A DNA stretch of 64,000 nucleotides from an uncultured Lachnospiraceae bacterium (GCA_964521785.1 CAZFTE010000004.1:9724-73723), one strand, 5' to 3'; counted from the stretch's first letter, positions 1 through 9,279 are shown. The notes: generated from the letters alone by a model not told the origin. Program-made: numbers and translations.

Positions 1-110
1 ACAACGGCGGCAACATGGGCGGTTGCTCCGGTTGCGACATTTGCTCTACGCTCATCTGTGCGGATTGCTGCTGCGAATGTATGGGCGGCGATCTCATCCC
101 TTGTTGTTGA
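1..110 (+). CDS. 3' end of a cysteine-rich ORF truncated by the window edge
   Basis: Frame 3 reads ...NGGNMGGCSGCDICSTLICADCCCECMGGDLIPCC, then TGA at 108-110. There are 10 Cys in the last 28 residues. The stop lies 1 nt before the ATG of the next gene. It is absent from the ORF track because no start lies in the window. Confidence 0.3.
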   Translation, partial: NGGNMGGCSGCDICSTLICADCCCECMGGDLIPCC

Positions 111-111
111 T

Positions 112-633
112 ATGAAGACCACTAAAAAAATAACTATTTGCGCGATGCTTGCCTCGCTCGGCGTGGTGATACTTTATGTAGGCGCCTTTTTGGAGATATT
201 GGATCTTTCCGTGGCGTGCATTGCTTCTTTCATCGTCATGTTTTGCGTCGTAGAGCTTGGATATGCGGCGGCGCTTTCCGTTTACGGAATAATATCCATA
301 CTTTCGCTTATGATATTACCGACGAAGTGGGTCGCGATATATTTCGCGCTCTTCTTCGGACTTATGCCCATAACGAAAACGATATACGAAAAAACAGGCA
401 AGCTTATTTCTTGGATATTGAAGCTCGTAACGTTCAATGCCGAGATGGTGCTTTTCTATTTTATAGCATCGGCACTCGATTTCTTTGAGGAGAGCGAATT
501 TTTGGCTTTCTTCCTCGTAGTAGCTTTGGTGATGCTTAATATAGTATTCGTTTTGACGGACATAGCGTATACCAGATTGACAAGACTCTACGAATACAAA
601 TACAGAAACAGAATCAAAAAATTTTTAAAGTGA
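112..633 (+). CDS. small polytopic membrane protein (about 5 TM), function unknown
   Basis: Track ORF 58..633. The internal ATG at 112 (MKTTKKITICAMLASLGVVILYV...) starts the hydrophobic protein. It has repeated hydrophobic segments and a basic C-terminal tail. Confidence 0.6.
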   Translation: MKTTKKITICAMLASLGVVILYVGAFLEILDLSVACIASFIVMFCVVELGYAAALSVYGIISILSLMILPTKWVAIYFALFFGLMPITKTIYEKTGKLISWILKLVTFNAEMVLFYFIASALDFFEESEFLAFFLVVALVMLNIVFVLTDIAYTRLTRLYEYKYRNRIKKFLK

Positions 634-650
634 AATGAGGAATCTTTATT

Positions 651-1079
651 ATGGCTAATTGGAATGAATTTCTTTCGAGCGCAAAAAAAGCTTTTAACAA
701 AGCTGCGGTAAAGGTAAACGGTTTTGCGGACAGCGCGGCTGATACGATAAAAATCGAATCTATCAAGCTCAAACTCAGCGAAAAATACGAACAGCTCGGC
801 AGACTTGTTTATAATGAGATGAAAGCCGAAGCGGGCAACCCCAACGCTGAAAAGGTTGCGGAAAAAGCTGCAGAGATCGATGCTTTGCACGATCAGATAA
901 ACAGCCTCAAAGCTCGTAAAGACAAGAGAAAGAGCGAAAAAGCAGAAGCAAAGGCACAGCCCGAAGAAGCAAAGGAGCCTCTCGCTCTTCCCGAAGCTTC
1001 TGAAGAAGCACAACCCGAAACTGAAGCCGAAACAGAAGCTGAAGTTGTAGCGGAAGCAGACACAACAGAAAAAGAATAA
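651..1079 (+). CDS. hypothetical coiled-coil protein with acidic Glu/Ala/Thr-rich tail
   Basis: 142-aa ORF with a GAGGA SD upstream, followed directly by a strong terminator. No recognisable catalytic motifs. Confidence 0.55.
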   Translation: MANWNEFLSSAKKAFNKAAVKVNGFADSAADTIKIESIKLKLSEKYEQLGRLVYNEMKAEAGNPNAEKVAEKAAEIDALHDQINSLKARKDKRKSEKAEAKAQPEEAKEPLALPEASEEAQPETEAETEAEVVAEADTTEKE

Positions 1080-1086
1080 ACTTTTT

Positions 1087-1116
1087 AGGCGTTCGTTTTA
1101 ACGAACGCCTTTTTTT
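1087..1116 (+). terminator. rho-independent terminator
   Basis: AGGCGTTCGT-TTTA-ACGAACGCCT stem-loop followed by a T run. Confidence 0.85.
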
Positions 1117-1164
1117 GAAAAAACATAAAATACAAAGTTGAACGCTTTAATTTTGTAAAAAGCA

Positions 1165-1193
1165 TTGAAAAACTTTGGAAGCTATGGTAGAAT
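1165..1193 (+). promoter_or_regulatory. sigma-A type promoter upstream of glnA
   Basis: TTGAAA (1165-1170), a 17-nt spacer, then TGgTAGAAT extended -10 (1185-1193), about 80 nt upstream of the glnA ATG. Confidence 0.6.
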
Positions 1194-1275
1194 TACTATT
1201 ATAGATTAAAGAAATAAGAGCGATCTTAATTGCTTTTTTAGTTTTGTCAAGATCAACTGTTAGGAGTTATTTACG

Positions 1276-3378
1276 ATGAAAAATGTACCAGAAATTTTCG
1301 GAAGCCTTGTTTTCAACGACGCGGTGATGAAATCGCGACTTCCCAAGGAAACTTATCGCTTGCTTCGCCGAACGATGGCGGAGGGCAAACACCTTGACCT
1401 TTCTGTGGCTAATATAGTTGCAAATGCCATGAAAGATTGGGCAACGGAAAACGGAGCCACACATTTTACGCACTGGTTCCAGCCTATGACGGGTATTACG
1501 GCGGAGAAGCACGACAGCTTTATCTCTCCCTCCGAAGACGGCAGAGTTATCATGGAATTTTCCGGTAAGGAACTTGTTCACGGCGAGACAGACGCGTCGA
1601 GCTTTCCTTCCTGCGGTCTGCGTTCCACATTTGAAGCGCGCGGATACACCGCTTGGGACCCTACTTCATATGCTTTTATAAAAGACGGTACGCTCTGCAT
1701 ACCCACGGCGTTCTGTTCATACGGCGGAGAAGCACTTGACAAAAAAACGCCCTTGCTCCGTTCTATGGAAGCCATAAACAGCAGAGCTTCAAGAATACTT
1801 AAACTTTTTGGTCATGACGAATCTGTCCGTGTTACAACGACTGTCGGACCCGAGCAGGAATATTTTCTCATCGACAAAACAGTATACGATCGTCGCCCTG
1901 ACCTTATCTATTGCGGCAGAACGCTTTTTGGCGAGAAGCCTCCCAAGGGTCAGGAACTCGATGACCATTACTTCGGTTCCATAAAGCCTCGCGTTGCCGC
2001 GTTCATGAAAGAGCTTGACGAAGAACTTTGGAAGCTCGGTGTGCTTGCTAAAACAAAGCATAACGAGGGCGCTCCCGCACAGCACGAGCTTGCTCCCATC
2101 TTTACGACGACGAACATCGCTTGCGACCACAACCAACTCACGATGGAGCTTATGAAGAACATCGCAAAGAAGCATGGTCTTGTTTGCTTGCTCCATGAAA
2201 AGCCTTTTGCGGGTGTAAACGGAAGCGGTAAACATAATAACTGGTCCATCTCTACGAATACGGGCATCAACTTGCTCGACCCCGGTGAAACACCCCAGGA
2301 TAACGCGCAGTTCATTCTCTTCCTTTGCGCCGTTATCAAAGCCGTTGACGATTATCAGGATATGCTCCGAGTTTCCGTTGCGACAGCAGGAAACGACCAC
2401 CGTTTGGGCGCTTCCGAAGCTCCCCCTGCCGTTGTTTCCATCTTCTTGGGAGACGAATTGACGGCTATACTCGATTCTATCGAGAATGATACGGTATACG
2501 ATGCCAAAGAGCAGGTGCTTATGCGTATCGGTGTTCATGTGCTTCCCAAATTCCCCAAAGATACGACGGACAGAAACAGAACATCGCCTTTGGCATTCAC
2601 GGGTAATAAGTTTGAGTTCCGTATGCCCGGTTCTTCTCTCGCTGTTGCGAGCGTAAACGTAGTTCTCAACTCCGCGGTAGCAAAGGTATTGGAAGAGTTT
2701 GCCGATGAGCTTGAAGCCGCAGACGATTTCCAGACAACGCTCCACGATATCATCGTTAAGACTATCAGAGATCATAAGAGAATAATCTTTAACGGCAACG
2801 GTTACGATGACGCTTGGATAAAAGAAGCAACGGAAGTTCGCGGTCTTTCCAACTATAAGACGACTCCCGAAGCGCTCGTTCATTATACAGATAAAAAGAA
2901 TGTTGAGCTTTTCTCGTCCATGAAAGTATTCTCAGAAGCGGAGATAAAATCCCGCGCGGATATACGCATGGAAAATTACTGCAACGTTATGAAGATAGAA
3001 GCTTTGACGATGATAGAGATGGCGGAAAAACAGTTCATTCCCGCCATGTCGAAATATTCCAAATTGCTTGCTGAGACGATCGTCTCCAAGACTTCCGTTG
3101 GCATCGCTTGCATTGATTGCACATTTGAAAAGACTACGCTTGAAAGACTTTCTACACTTACAGGCGAAGCTTACAAGCAGGTGTCCGAGCTTAGAGCGAA
3201 AGTTGATACATTTCTCAAGATAAAGGAAGATTACAGAAAAGCGGCGTTCTTCATCAAAGATGAGATAATTCCTTGTATGAATGCTTTGCGCGCGGCTGTT
3301 GATGAAGCGGAAACCATCTGCGCTTCCGAATATTGGCCCGTGCCTACATACGGCGAGATACTCTTCAGCGTAAGATGA
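1276..3378 (+). CDS. glnA: glutamine synthetase, type III
   Basis: The 700-aa length and the N-terminus ([30 protein letters not shown]...[19 protein letters not shown]) are typical of GSIII. SD TAGGAG lies upstream. Confidence 0.92.
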   Translation: MKNVPEIFGSLVFNDAVMKSRLPKETYRLLRRTMAEGKHLDLSVANIVANAMKDWATENGATHFTHWFQPMTGITAEKHDSFISPSEDGRVIMEFSGKELVHGETDASSFPSCGLRSTFEARGYTAWDPTSYAFIKDGTLCIPTAFCSYGGEALDKKTPLLRSMEAINSRASRILKLFGHDESVRVTTTVGPEQEYFLIDKTVYDRRPDLIYCGRTLFGEKPPKGQELDDHYFGSIKPRVAAFMKELDEELWKLGVLAKTKHNEGAPAQHELAPIFTTTNIACDHNQLTMELMKNIAKKHGLVCLLHEKPFAGVNGSGKHNNWSISTNTGINLLDPGETPQDNAQFILFLCAVIKAVDDYQDMLRVSVATAGNDHRLGASEAPPAVVSIFLGDELTAILDSIENDTVYDAKEQVLMRIGVHVLPKFPKDTTDRNRTSPLAFTGNKFEFRMPGSSLAVASVNVVLNSAVAKVLEEFADELEAADDFQTTLHDIIVKTIRDHKRIIFNGNGYDDAWIKEATEVRGLSNYKTTPEALVHYTDKKNVELFSSMKVFSEAEIKSRADIRMENYCNVMKIEALTMIEMAEKQFIPAMSKYSKLLAETIVSKTSVGIACIDCTFEKTTLERLSTLTGEAYKQVSELRAKVDTFLKIKEDYRKAAFFIKDEIIPCMNALRAAVDEAETICASEYWPVPTYGEILFSVR

Positions 3379-3389
3379 CATAGAATAAA

Positions 3390-3427
3390 AAAATCGGCGG
3401 AAAGATGCTTCTTTCAGCCGATTTTTT
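3390..3427 (+). terminator. rho-independent terminator after glnA
   Basis: ATCGGC...GCCGAT outer stem with GAAAG/CTTTC inner pairs, then TTTTTTG. Confidence 0.7.
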
Positions 3428-3508
3428 GTTGCAAAGTAAACGGATATTGCTCGGTATCTTTTCTTGATCCGCATCATATATATTTATCAAAAACGAAATG
3501 GGCGAGAT

Positions 3509-3976
3509 ATGAAAAAGACGATATTCAAGATATTTATCTTATGTTTGCTTTTTTGCGCGGTGGCGCTGTTGCCGTCTTGCGCAGAAGAAAAAAGCACGCT
3601 TTCGATTATCGACGATGTATCGAAAAATTTTCCGTTCAAATACGGCGCCATATATTCCGACGAGCTATCCGAGAAAGACTCATTTTATCTGACGACGGAT
3701 ATGAAGAAGAAAATATTCGGCGATAACGCGGAAAAATATACGTATATAGTTTCGGTCAGCGTATATCTTTCTCGCGATATGGTCAGCGGCTCCGAAGTGA
3801 TAGCGATAAGTCTTGATGACAGATCTCACAGGGCAGAGATAACATCGTTGCTCTATCGCAGGGCATCGATGAAGCTTGACACGATATCGCGCGTATTTTG
3901 CGATGGAGACTATGTATTTTTCGTTTGCGACAACCGCGCGAACGAGATAATTCAATATATAAAGTCGAAAATATGA
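3509..3976 (+). CDS. small lipoprotein (possibly DUF4358-like)
   Basis: Start moved to the ATG at 3509. Signal peptide MKKTIFKIFILCLLFCAVALLPSC has a lipobox (LPSC). The family assignment is only a resemblance. Confidence 0.65.
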   Translation: MKKTIFKIFILCLLFCAVALLPSCAEEKSTLSIIDDVSKNFPFKYGAIYSDELSEKDSFYLTTDMKKKIFGDNAEKYTYIVSVSVYLSRDMVSGSEVIAISLDDRSHRAEITSLLYRRASMKLDTISRVFCDGDYVFFVCDNRANEIIQYIKSKI

Positions 3977-4057
3977 GAAAAAGACTTTATTTTATCTCTT
4001 TTGCGTGGTAGAATATAAAGTATAAAACAAAGTTGAAAAACAACGGAGGAAAAACTC

Positions 4058-5008
4058 ATGGAAAAAAATATTCCTTTAAAGCTTAAACAGGTTACAAAGC
4101 AGATAATATGGGGCGGTACGCGCCTTTCGGGCGAATACGGTCTTGGCAATGCAGGCGAGAACATCGCGGAAGCTTGGCAGCTTACTTGCCGTGAGGACGG
4201 CGTTAATACTGTCTGCGGCGGCAAATACGACGGAAAAACGCTTGCCGAATATATCGAAGAGCATAAAGAATCTGTCGGCACGAAATGGGACGGCGGTCGC
4301 TTCCCGTTGCTCATAAAGCTTATTGATGCGGAAAAAGACCTTTCTATCCAGGTACATCCCGACGATGAATACGCGGCGGCACACACGACAGACTTCGGTA
4401 AAACGGAGATGTGGTACATCGTTGACGCAAAGCCCGGCGCAAAGATAATCTACGGTCTTAACGGCGAATACACAACAGAAGAACTTCGCGCGGCTATCGC
4501 CAACGGCACTCTCGAAAAAATGATGAATTATGTTCCCGTACACGCGGGAGAAGCGTATTTCATTCCCTCGGGTCTTGTTCATGCTATCGGAGAGGGCATA
4601 CTTATCGCGGAGATACAGCAGAACTCCAACATCACATACCGCGTATATGATTACAACAGAGTTGGCGCGGACGGCAAACTTCGTCCCTTGCATATCGACG
4701 ATGCTCTTGCGGTAATCGCAAGCACAGATCCCGCTCATGTAAAAAGCGAGCTTTCCGATGACGCAACCGTCATCTCGAAATGCAAATATTTCACTGTAAA
4801 CAAATACGATCTTGAATCTTCCGCTCAGAGCGTGGAAGTTGGCGCCGAAAGCTTCCTCCACGTTATGTGCATCAAGGGCAAGGCACTTTTGACGGTTGAC
4901 GGTGTTGACTATGCAATGAACCTCGGCGATACGTATTTTATTCCCGCAAACAGCGGAAAGGTTACTATCGAAGCAGAGGACGCTCAGGTCATTGCTACAA
5001 CTATGTAA
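4058..5008 (+). CDS. manA: mannose-6-phosphate isomerase, class I
   Basis: 316 aa. It has QIIWGG, LLIKLIDAEKDLSIQVHPDD and TEMWYIVDA motifs, as in Firmicute type I PMI. Confidence 0.88.
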   Translation: MEKNIPLKLKQVTKQIIWGGTRLSGEYGLGNAGENIAEAWQLTCREDGVNTVCGGKYDGKTLAEYIEEHKESVGTKWDGGRFPLLIKLIDAEKDLSIQVHPDDEYAAAHTTDFGKTEMWYIVDAKPGAKIIYGLNGEYTTEELRAAIANGTLEKMMNYVPVHAGEAYFIPSGLVHAIGEGILIAEIQQNSNITYRVYDYNRVGADGKLRPLHIDDALAVIASTDPAHVKSELSDDATVISKCKYFTVNKYDLESSAQSVEVGAESFLHVMCIKGKALLTVDGVDYAMNLGDTYFIPANSGKVTIEAEDAQVIATTM

Positions 5009-5016
5009 TATAAGTT

Positions 5017-5076
5017 GATAAACAGATAAACAGATAAAAAGATAAAAAGATAAAAAGATAAAAAGATAAAAAGATA
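5017..5076. repeat. 8-bp microsatellite, about 7.5 copies (GATAAACA x2, GATAAAAA x5, GATA)
   Basis: Read directly from the sequence. It starts 9 nt after the manA stop and runs into the left arm of the terminator hairpin. Confidence 0.9.
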
Positions 5077-5114
5077 TCCCGACAGAGTTTAGATTCTGTC
5101 GGGATATTTTTTTT
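5074..5114. terminator. bidirectional intrinsic terminator between convergent genes
   Basis: ATATCCCGACAGA...TCTGTCGGGATAT 13-bp stem, with a T run on the plus strand and an A-rich left flank. Confidence 0.8.
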
Positions 5115-5122
5115 AGGCGCAG

Positions 5123-5701
5123 TTAGTTGCTCAAAAGATCTTGAGTGAGCTTTTCGGCAACGACTTCAAGACGTTTGTATGTTGCTTTTGGGTCGCCGCG
5201 CTCGATGTGAACACCGTTTATATCGTTCGTTATTTGGTTGAGCGCGAGCAGGGAAAGATGCGGAAGCGATGTTATAAATTTGGGACGAGGAGAGACCTCG
5301 CGCAGATCGTATTTATATTCTATAAGCTTTGAAACATCTTTTGCTTGCGCGCCGAATGCGATAACGTATCCGATATGGTCGAGCTCATTGTAAAGGCGAT
5401 TTAAGTTTGCATCGTCGCTGTATTCGCTTTTTTTGGGAAGAGAAGTCGAATCGAATGCGGGGTAATGTATTTTATCGGAGGAGTTCGTTATAAGATAATC
5501 ATACCTGTCGGTAGAGGGAAAAAGTTCTCTTATAGTTTCATTTTCGCTTTTCGAAAGTATTTCGAGCAACATATTGAGATTTTTGCCTGTTATGCCGGCG
5601 ACCACTTTGCCTGCTTGTTGTTCTTTTTGTCCGGGACAAGCAAACATGAATGCCACGGGGGAAATGTTTTTACCGGGGTTATATTTTACTTTTTCAACCA
5701 T
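5123..5701 (-). CDS. hypothetical protein with uracil-DNA glycosylase superfamily-like motifs
   Basis: 192 aa. FMFACPGQKEQ near the N-terminus resembles UDG motif A (G-x-x-PG-x-x-E). SLPHLSLLALNQ near the C-terminus resembles motif B (HPS-type). The size fits a single UDG fold. This is a motif resemblance only. Confidence 0.45.
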   Translation of the reverse strand: MVEKVKYNPGKNISPVAFMFACPGQKEQQAGKVVAGITGKNLNMLLEILSKSENETIRELFPSTDRYDYLITNSSDKIHYPAFDSTSLPKKSEYSDDANLNRLYNELDHIGYVIAFGAQAKDVSKLIEYKYDLREVSPRPKFITSLPHLSLLALNQITNDINGVHIERGDPKATYKRLEVVAEKLTQDLLSN

Positions 5702-5811
5702 AGCGTTGTACCTCTTTAAAATTTGATTTGTACTGTAATGATTATATCAAAAAATAAATACATAAAAAAGTATTTTGTGTAGACTAAATGTGAAATTTTT
5801 TCGGTGATACG

Positions 5812-5860
5812 GCAAAAATGCCACGAACGGAGAACGATATCTCGTTTCCATCGTGGCATC
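5812..5860 (-). terminator. intrinsic terminator downstream of the fumarase beta gene
   Basis: The minus strand reads GATGCCACGA...TCGTGGCAT followed by TTTTTG. Confidence 0.7.
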
Positions 5861-5875
5861 TTATTTTTGAAACGA

Positions 5876-6406
5876 TCATTTCAAAGCGCTGTTACCGTTT
5901 GAATCTATTCCTACAATAAGAGGAAAATCAACTACCTGCATACGTCTTACCGCTTCGCAACCCAATTCGGGGAAGGCGATTATATCGACGCTTTTGATGG
6001 CTTTGGAGGCAATGGCGCCTGCACCGCCTACCGCGCAGAGGTAAAGACCGTTGTTGCGCTTTATGGCATCTATAACGGCTTCGTTTCTGCCGCCTTTGCC
6101 GATCGTTACGGCAAGACCTTTGTCGTAGAGAGTGGGGGCGAAGCCGTCCATTCTGGAAGAGGTCGTGGGACCGCAAGAGCCGATAGGTCTGCCTTCGGGA
6201 GCGGGCGTGGGACCTGCATAATATATAACTGCGTCTTTGAGTTCGAAAGGCGGTTCTTTTCCGTCTGCGAGCAAGGCGCAGATGCGCTTATGAGCCGCAT
6301 CTCGTGCAGTATATACTGTACCTGAAAGCAAAATGCTGTCGCCTGCGCGAAGCGTTTTTGCGGTTTCTCTTATATCATCGGTATGTACTCTTATCGTATC
6401 AGACAT
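5876..6406 (-). CDS. Fe-S hydro-lyase beta subunit (class I fumarate hydratase / tartrate dehydratase beta type)
   Basis: 176 aa. LLSGTVYTARDAAHKR, AVIYYAGPTPAPEGRPIGSCGPTTSSRMD and LCAVGGAGA match the FumA/TtdB C-terminal domain family. Confidence 0.88.
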   Translation of the reverse strand: MSDTIRVHTDDIRETAKTLRAGDSILLSGTVYTARDAAHKRICALLADGKEPPFELKDAVIYYAGPTPAPEGRPIGSCGPTTSSRMDGFAPTLYDKGLAVTIGKGGRNEAVIDAIKRNNGLYLCAVGGAGAIASKAIKSVDIIAFPELGCEAVRRMQVVDFPLIVGIDSNGNSALK

Positions 6407-6427
6407 GATTTGATCCTTCTTTTCGGC

Positions 6428-7891
6428 TTATGTATTATCTGCGGCTGTTTCGACAACAGATGCTTCGGCAGTTGTTTCAGCTGTTGTTTCAACTGCTGTT
6501 TCGGTTGTTGCTTCTACCGCAACTTCTGATGTTTCTTCTTCGGTCTTTGTTGTTTTTCTCTTTCTTGTCGTTTTGGGTTTGGCAACTTCCACCGTTTCGC
6601 CGTCAGCCGTTACTTCTGTTTCTGCTGTTTTTCTTTTTCTCGTTGTCTTTTTGGGAGTTTCTTCACCCTCAACAGCTTCTGCGCCTTCTTCGGCAACTTT
6701 CTTCTTTGTTGCTCTCGGCTTCTTTGCGGTAGCTGTCTCTACTGTTGCCAAACGAGTCTTGAGTTCTTCTGTGCCTTTGAGAAGGTTATCGACACCCTCA
6801 CGCATTTCAGCTGTGAATACAGCGAAATCTCCGTCATTCTGTACCGTGGAAACTGTTGTTTCGTTTGCTTTTTTGGTTGCGGCTTCGAGTATCTCGTTCA
6901 TTTTTGAATTGAATTCATCGTAAGCGGCGTTCTTTTCTTTTATCATTTCTGCGCGAGCTTTCGCGTCGTTTGCTTCCGCAATAGCTTTAGCAAGTTCAGC
7001 TTCTTTAACTTCGAAAGCTTTAGCAAGTTCAACTTCTTTAACTTCGAAAGCTTTGGCGAGTTCAACTTCTTTAGCTTCGAAAGCTTTAGCGAGTTCAGCT
7101 TCTTTAGCCTCGTAAACTTTAGCAAGCTCAGATTCTTTAGCCTCGTAAACTTTAGCAAGCTCAGATTCTTTAGCCTCATAAGCTTTAGCGAGTTCAGCTT
7201 CTTTTGTTTCGTAGGATCTTACGAGCGAGTTTTCTTTGTTCTGTGCTTTAGCGGAGAGATCTTTTTCGCGTCTTGAAAGTTTGTCTGCAAATTCTTTTTC
7301 GATTGCAGCTCTTGCCTTTGCAACATCTGCTTCTTTAGCCGCGTTGGATTCGCTTAATGCGGCAACCTTGGATTCGAGCTTTTCGATCTCTTTTTTGTTT
7401 GCCATCATTTTGGAATTGAAATCTTTTTCAGTCCAAATAAGTTTGGCACTGAGTTCTTTTTCTCTGGAGAAGTTTCTCTCTCTTGCTTCAGCCAAAGCTT
7501 TTTCGGCAGCGGCAACCTTTGCGTTGGCGTTCTGTACAGCCGTGTCTTTATCGAGGACTTCAACTTCCAAAGCGTGTGCGCGTGTTTTTGCGTCTTCAAA
7601 CTGTTTTTTTGCTTCTTCCGTTTCGGAATTTGCTTTGGCGAGTTCGGCTTCTTTAGCGTAAAGCGACTGGGTAACACCGTATACTTCGATAGCTATCTGG
7701 TCTGCTTTCTGGTTTGCGATCTCAAGCTCTGCCATAGCGTCGTTCTTTTCGCGTTCAGCTTTCGCAACACGTGCTTCCGCCTCCTCGATAGATTTTTTTG
7801 CGCCTTCCGCAACAGAAGCGATATATTCATTTACATCGTTTTTGTTATAGCCACGGAAAACTTCTCTGAATACTTTTGCGTTCTCAGCCAT
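6428..7891 (-). CDS. DivIVA-domain coiled-coil protein with internal 11-aa repeats and a basic/acidic tail
   Basis: The N-terminal FREVFRGYNKNDVNEYI matches the DivIVA signature (F..FRGY...V..FL). A long coiled coil follows. The C-terminus has two TTRKRKT motifs and an ETTAETTAE tail. SD GGAGGA. Confidence 0.8.
   Translation of the reverse strand: MAENAKVFREVFRGYNKNDVNEYIASVAEGAKKSIEEAEARVAKAEREKNDAMAELEIANQKADQIAIEVYGVTQSLYAKEAELAKANSETEEAKKQFEDAKTRAHALEVEVLDKDTAVQNANAKVAAAEKALAEARERNFSREKELSAKLIWTEKDFNSKMMANKKEIEKLESKVAALSESNAAKEADVAKARAAIEKEFADKLSRREKDLSAKAQNKENSLVRSYETKEAELAKAYEAKESELAKVYEAKESELAKVYEAKEAELAKAFEAKEVELAKAFEVKEVELAKAFEVKEAELAKAIAEANDAKARAEMIKEKNAAYDEFNSKMNEILEAATKKANETTVSTVQNDGDFAVFTAEMREGVDNLLKGTEELKTRLATVETATAKKPRATKKKVAEEGAEAVEGEETPKKTTRKRKTAETEVTADGETVEVAKPKTTRKRKTTKTEEETSEVAVEATTETAVETTAETTAEASVVETAADNT
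6983..7213. repeat. seven tandem 33-bp repeats inside the DivIVA-domain gene
   Basis: Units begin at 6983, 7016, 7049, 7082, 7115, 7148 and 7181. They encode (Y/F)E(A/V)KE(A/S/V)ELAKA. Units 5 and 6 differ by 1 nt. Confidence 0.9.
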
Positions 7892-8145
7892 TTGTTATAT
7901 TTCCTCCGTCGTTGATTACATATTATATCATTCTATATTATTCTATAATTTTATCACAAAAAGTAAATTTTTGCAATAATATTTATCGATTTCCGCAATA
8001 AATATCTCTAAAAAATCAAAAAATCTTTCCTTAGACGGTCGAATGGCATACGCTTTTGCGTATCGTTGCGAAAAAATGTATTTACTTTTTGGGATCTTCC
8101 GATTATAATTATATTATAAAATAAAGATCAACGGAGAAAAAAGAA

Positions 8146-9279
8146 ATGGCAGAAGAGATATACGGTACGCAAGAGATCTGGTCTGTATTGCGTGAGGAGG
8201 CGAAGCCCATCGTGCTTTACGGTATGGGCAACGGCGCGGATAAGATAATATCCGTGTTGGAAAGCAAGGGCATGGAGTTTGCTGATGTCTTTGCTTCGGA
8301 CGATTTTGTGCGTGGTCAGCTTTTTCACGGCAAAAAAGTATTGCGACTTTCCGAAGTGGAAGAAAAATATGACGATTTTAATATACTCGTTTCATTCGGT
8401 TCGTCGCTTCCCGATGTTATGGATAAGATAAAGAGCATTGCAGAGCGACACACGCTCTATGCGCCCGACGTGCCTGTTGCGGGCGAGAACCTTTTCGATG
8501 CGGAATTTTTTCATCACAACGAAATTAAGATATTGGCGGCGCGTGAGCTTTTGGCGGACGAACGCTCCAAAAACGTTTACGATGAGCTTATCCGCTATAA
8601 GCTTGACGGCAAGATAACTCATTTTGAAAATACGGACAGAGAGGGAACTCTCTTTGCTCCGTCGCCGCTTTCCGGCGGCTACGAGGTGTATTGCGACCTC
8701 GGTGCATACAACGGAGACACTGTAAAAGAAGCGTTGACGGTGTTTCCCGAAATAGCGAAGATAATTGCGTTTGAACCTTCGCCAAAAACGTTTATGAAGC
8801 TCCAAAACAACACGGCGCAATATGAAGATAAAGATATTACGTTCGTGAATGCTTGCGCGTGGAACGAGGACGGTGCCGCTTGCTTTACCGACGGAAGCGG
8901 CAGAAATTCAACGCTCATCGGCGCGAACGCTCAAAATGTCAAAACTCTTTCGGGGGCAAAAACGAAAGAGATAGCGACAGCCGCTCCCGATACATATTTG
9001 AATTTCAGCGGCAAGCCTTTGCTTATCAAATTCGATGTGGAGGGCGCTGAACGCGAAGCCATCGAAGGAAGCAGAAATGCCATCATACACAATTTGACGG
9101 AGCTTTGCGTTTCGCTCTATCACAGAAGCGAGGATATTTTCGAGCTTCCTTTGCTCATACATGATATATTGCCCGATCATAAACTTTTTATAGAAAAAAC
9201 GCCGTATATTCCCGCTTGGGAGATAAATCTTTACGCTTGCGTTAGACAAAGCCCAAAAATTCTCGGTATTCGAGAGTGA
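8146..9279 (+). CDS. FkbM-family SAM-dependent methyltransferase
   Basis: 377 aa. YCDLGAYNGDTVKEAL...IIAFEPSPKTFMKLQNN...LLIKFDVEGAEREAIEG matches the FkbM methyltransferase pattern. Confidence 0.8.
   Translation: MAEEIYGTQEIWSVLREEAKPIVLYGMGNGADKIISVLESKGMEFADVFASDDFVRGQLFHGKKVLRLSEVEEKYDDFNILVSFGSSLPDVMDKIKSIAERHTLYAPDVPVAGENLFDAEFFHHNEIKILAARELLADERSKNVYDELIRYKLDGKITHFENTDREGTLFAPSPLSGGYEVYCDLGAYNGDTVKEALTVFPEIAKIIAFEPSPKTFMKLQNNTAQYEDKDITFVNACAWNEDGAACFTDGSGRNSTLIGANAQNVKTLSGAKTKEIATAAPDTYLNFSGKPLLIKFDVEGAEREAIEGSRNAIIHNLTELCVSLYHRSEDIFELPLLIHDILPDHKLFIEKTPYIPAWEINLYACVRQSPKILGIRE

Noticed and set aside
5017-7213. Possible CRISPR array suggested by the tandem repeats at 5017-5076 and 6983-7213.
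   Set aside because: The repeats are contiguous with no spacers. The units are 8 bp and 33 bp. The second lies inside a coding region and encodes an 11-aa coiled-coil repeat. No cas genes are present.
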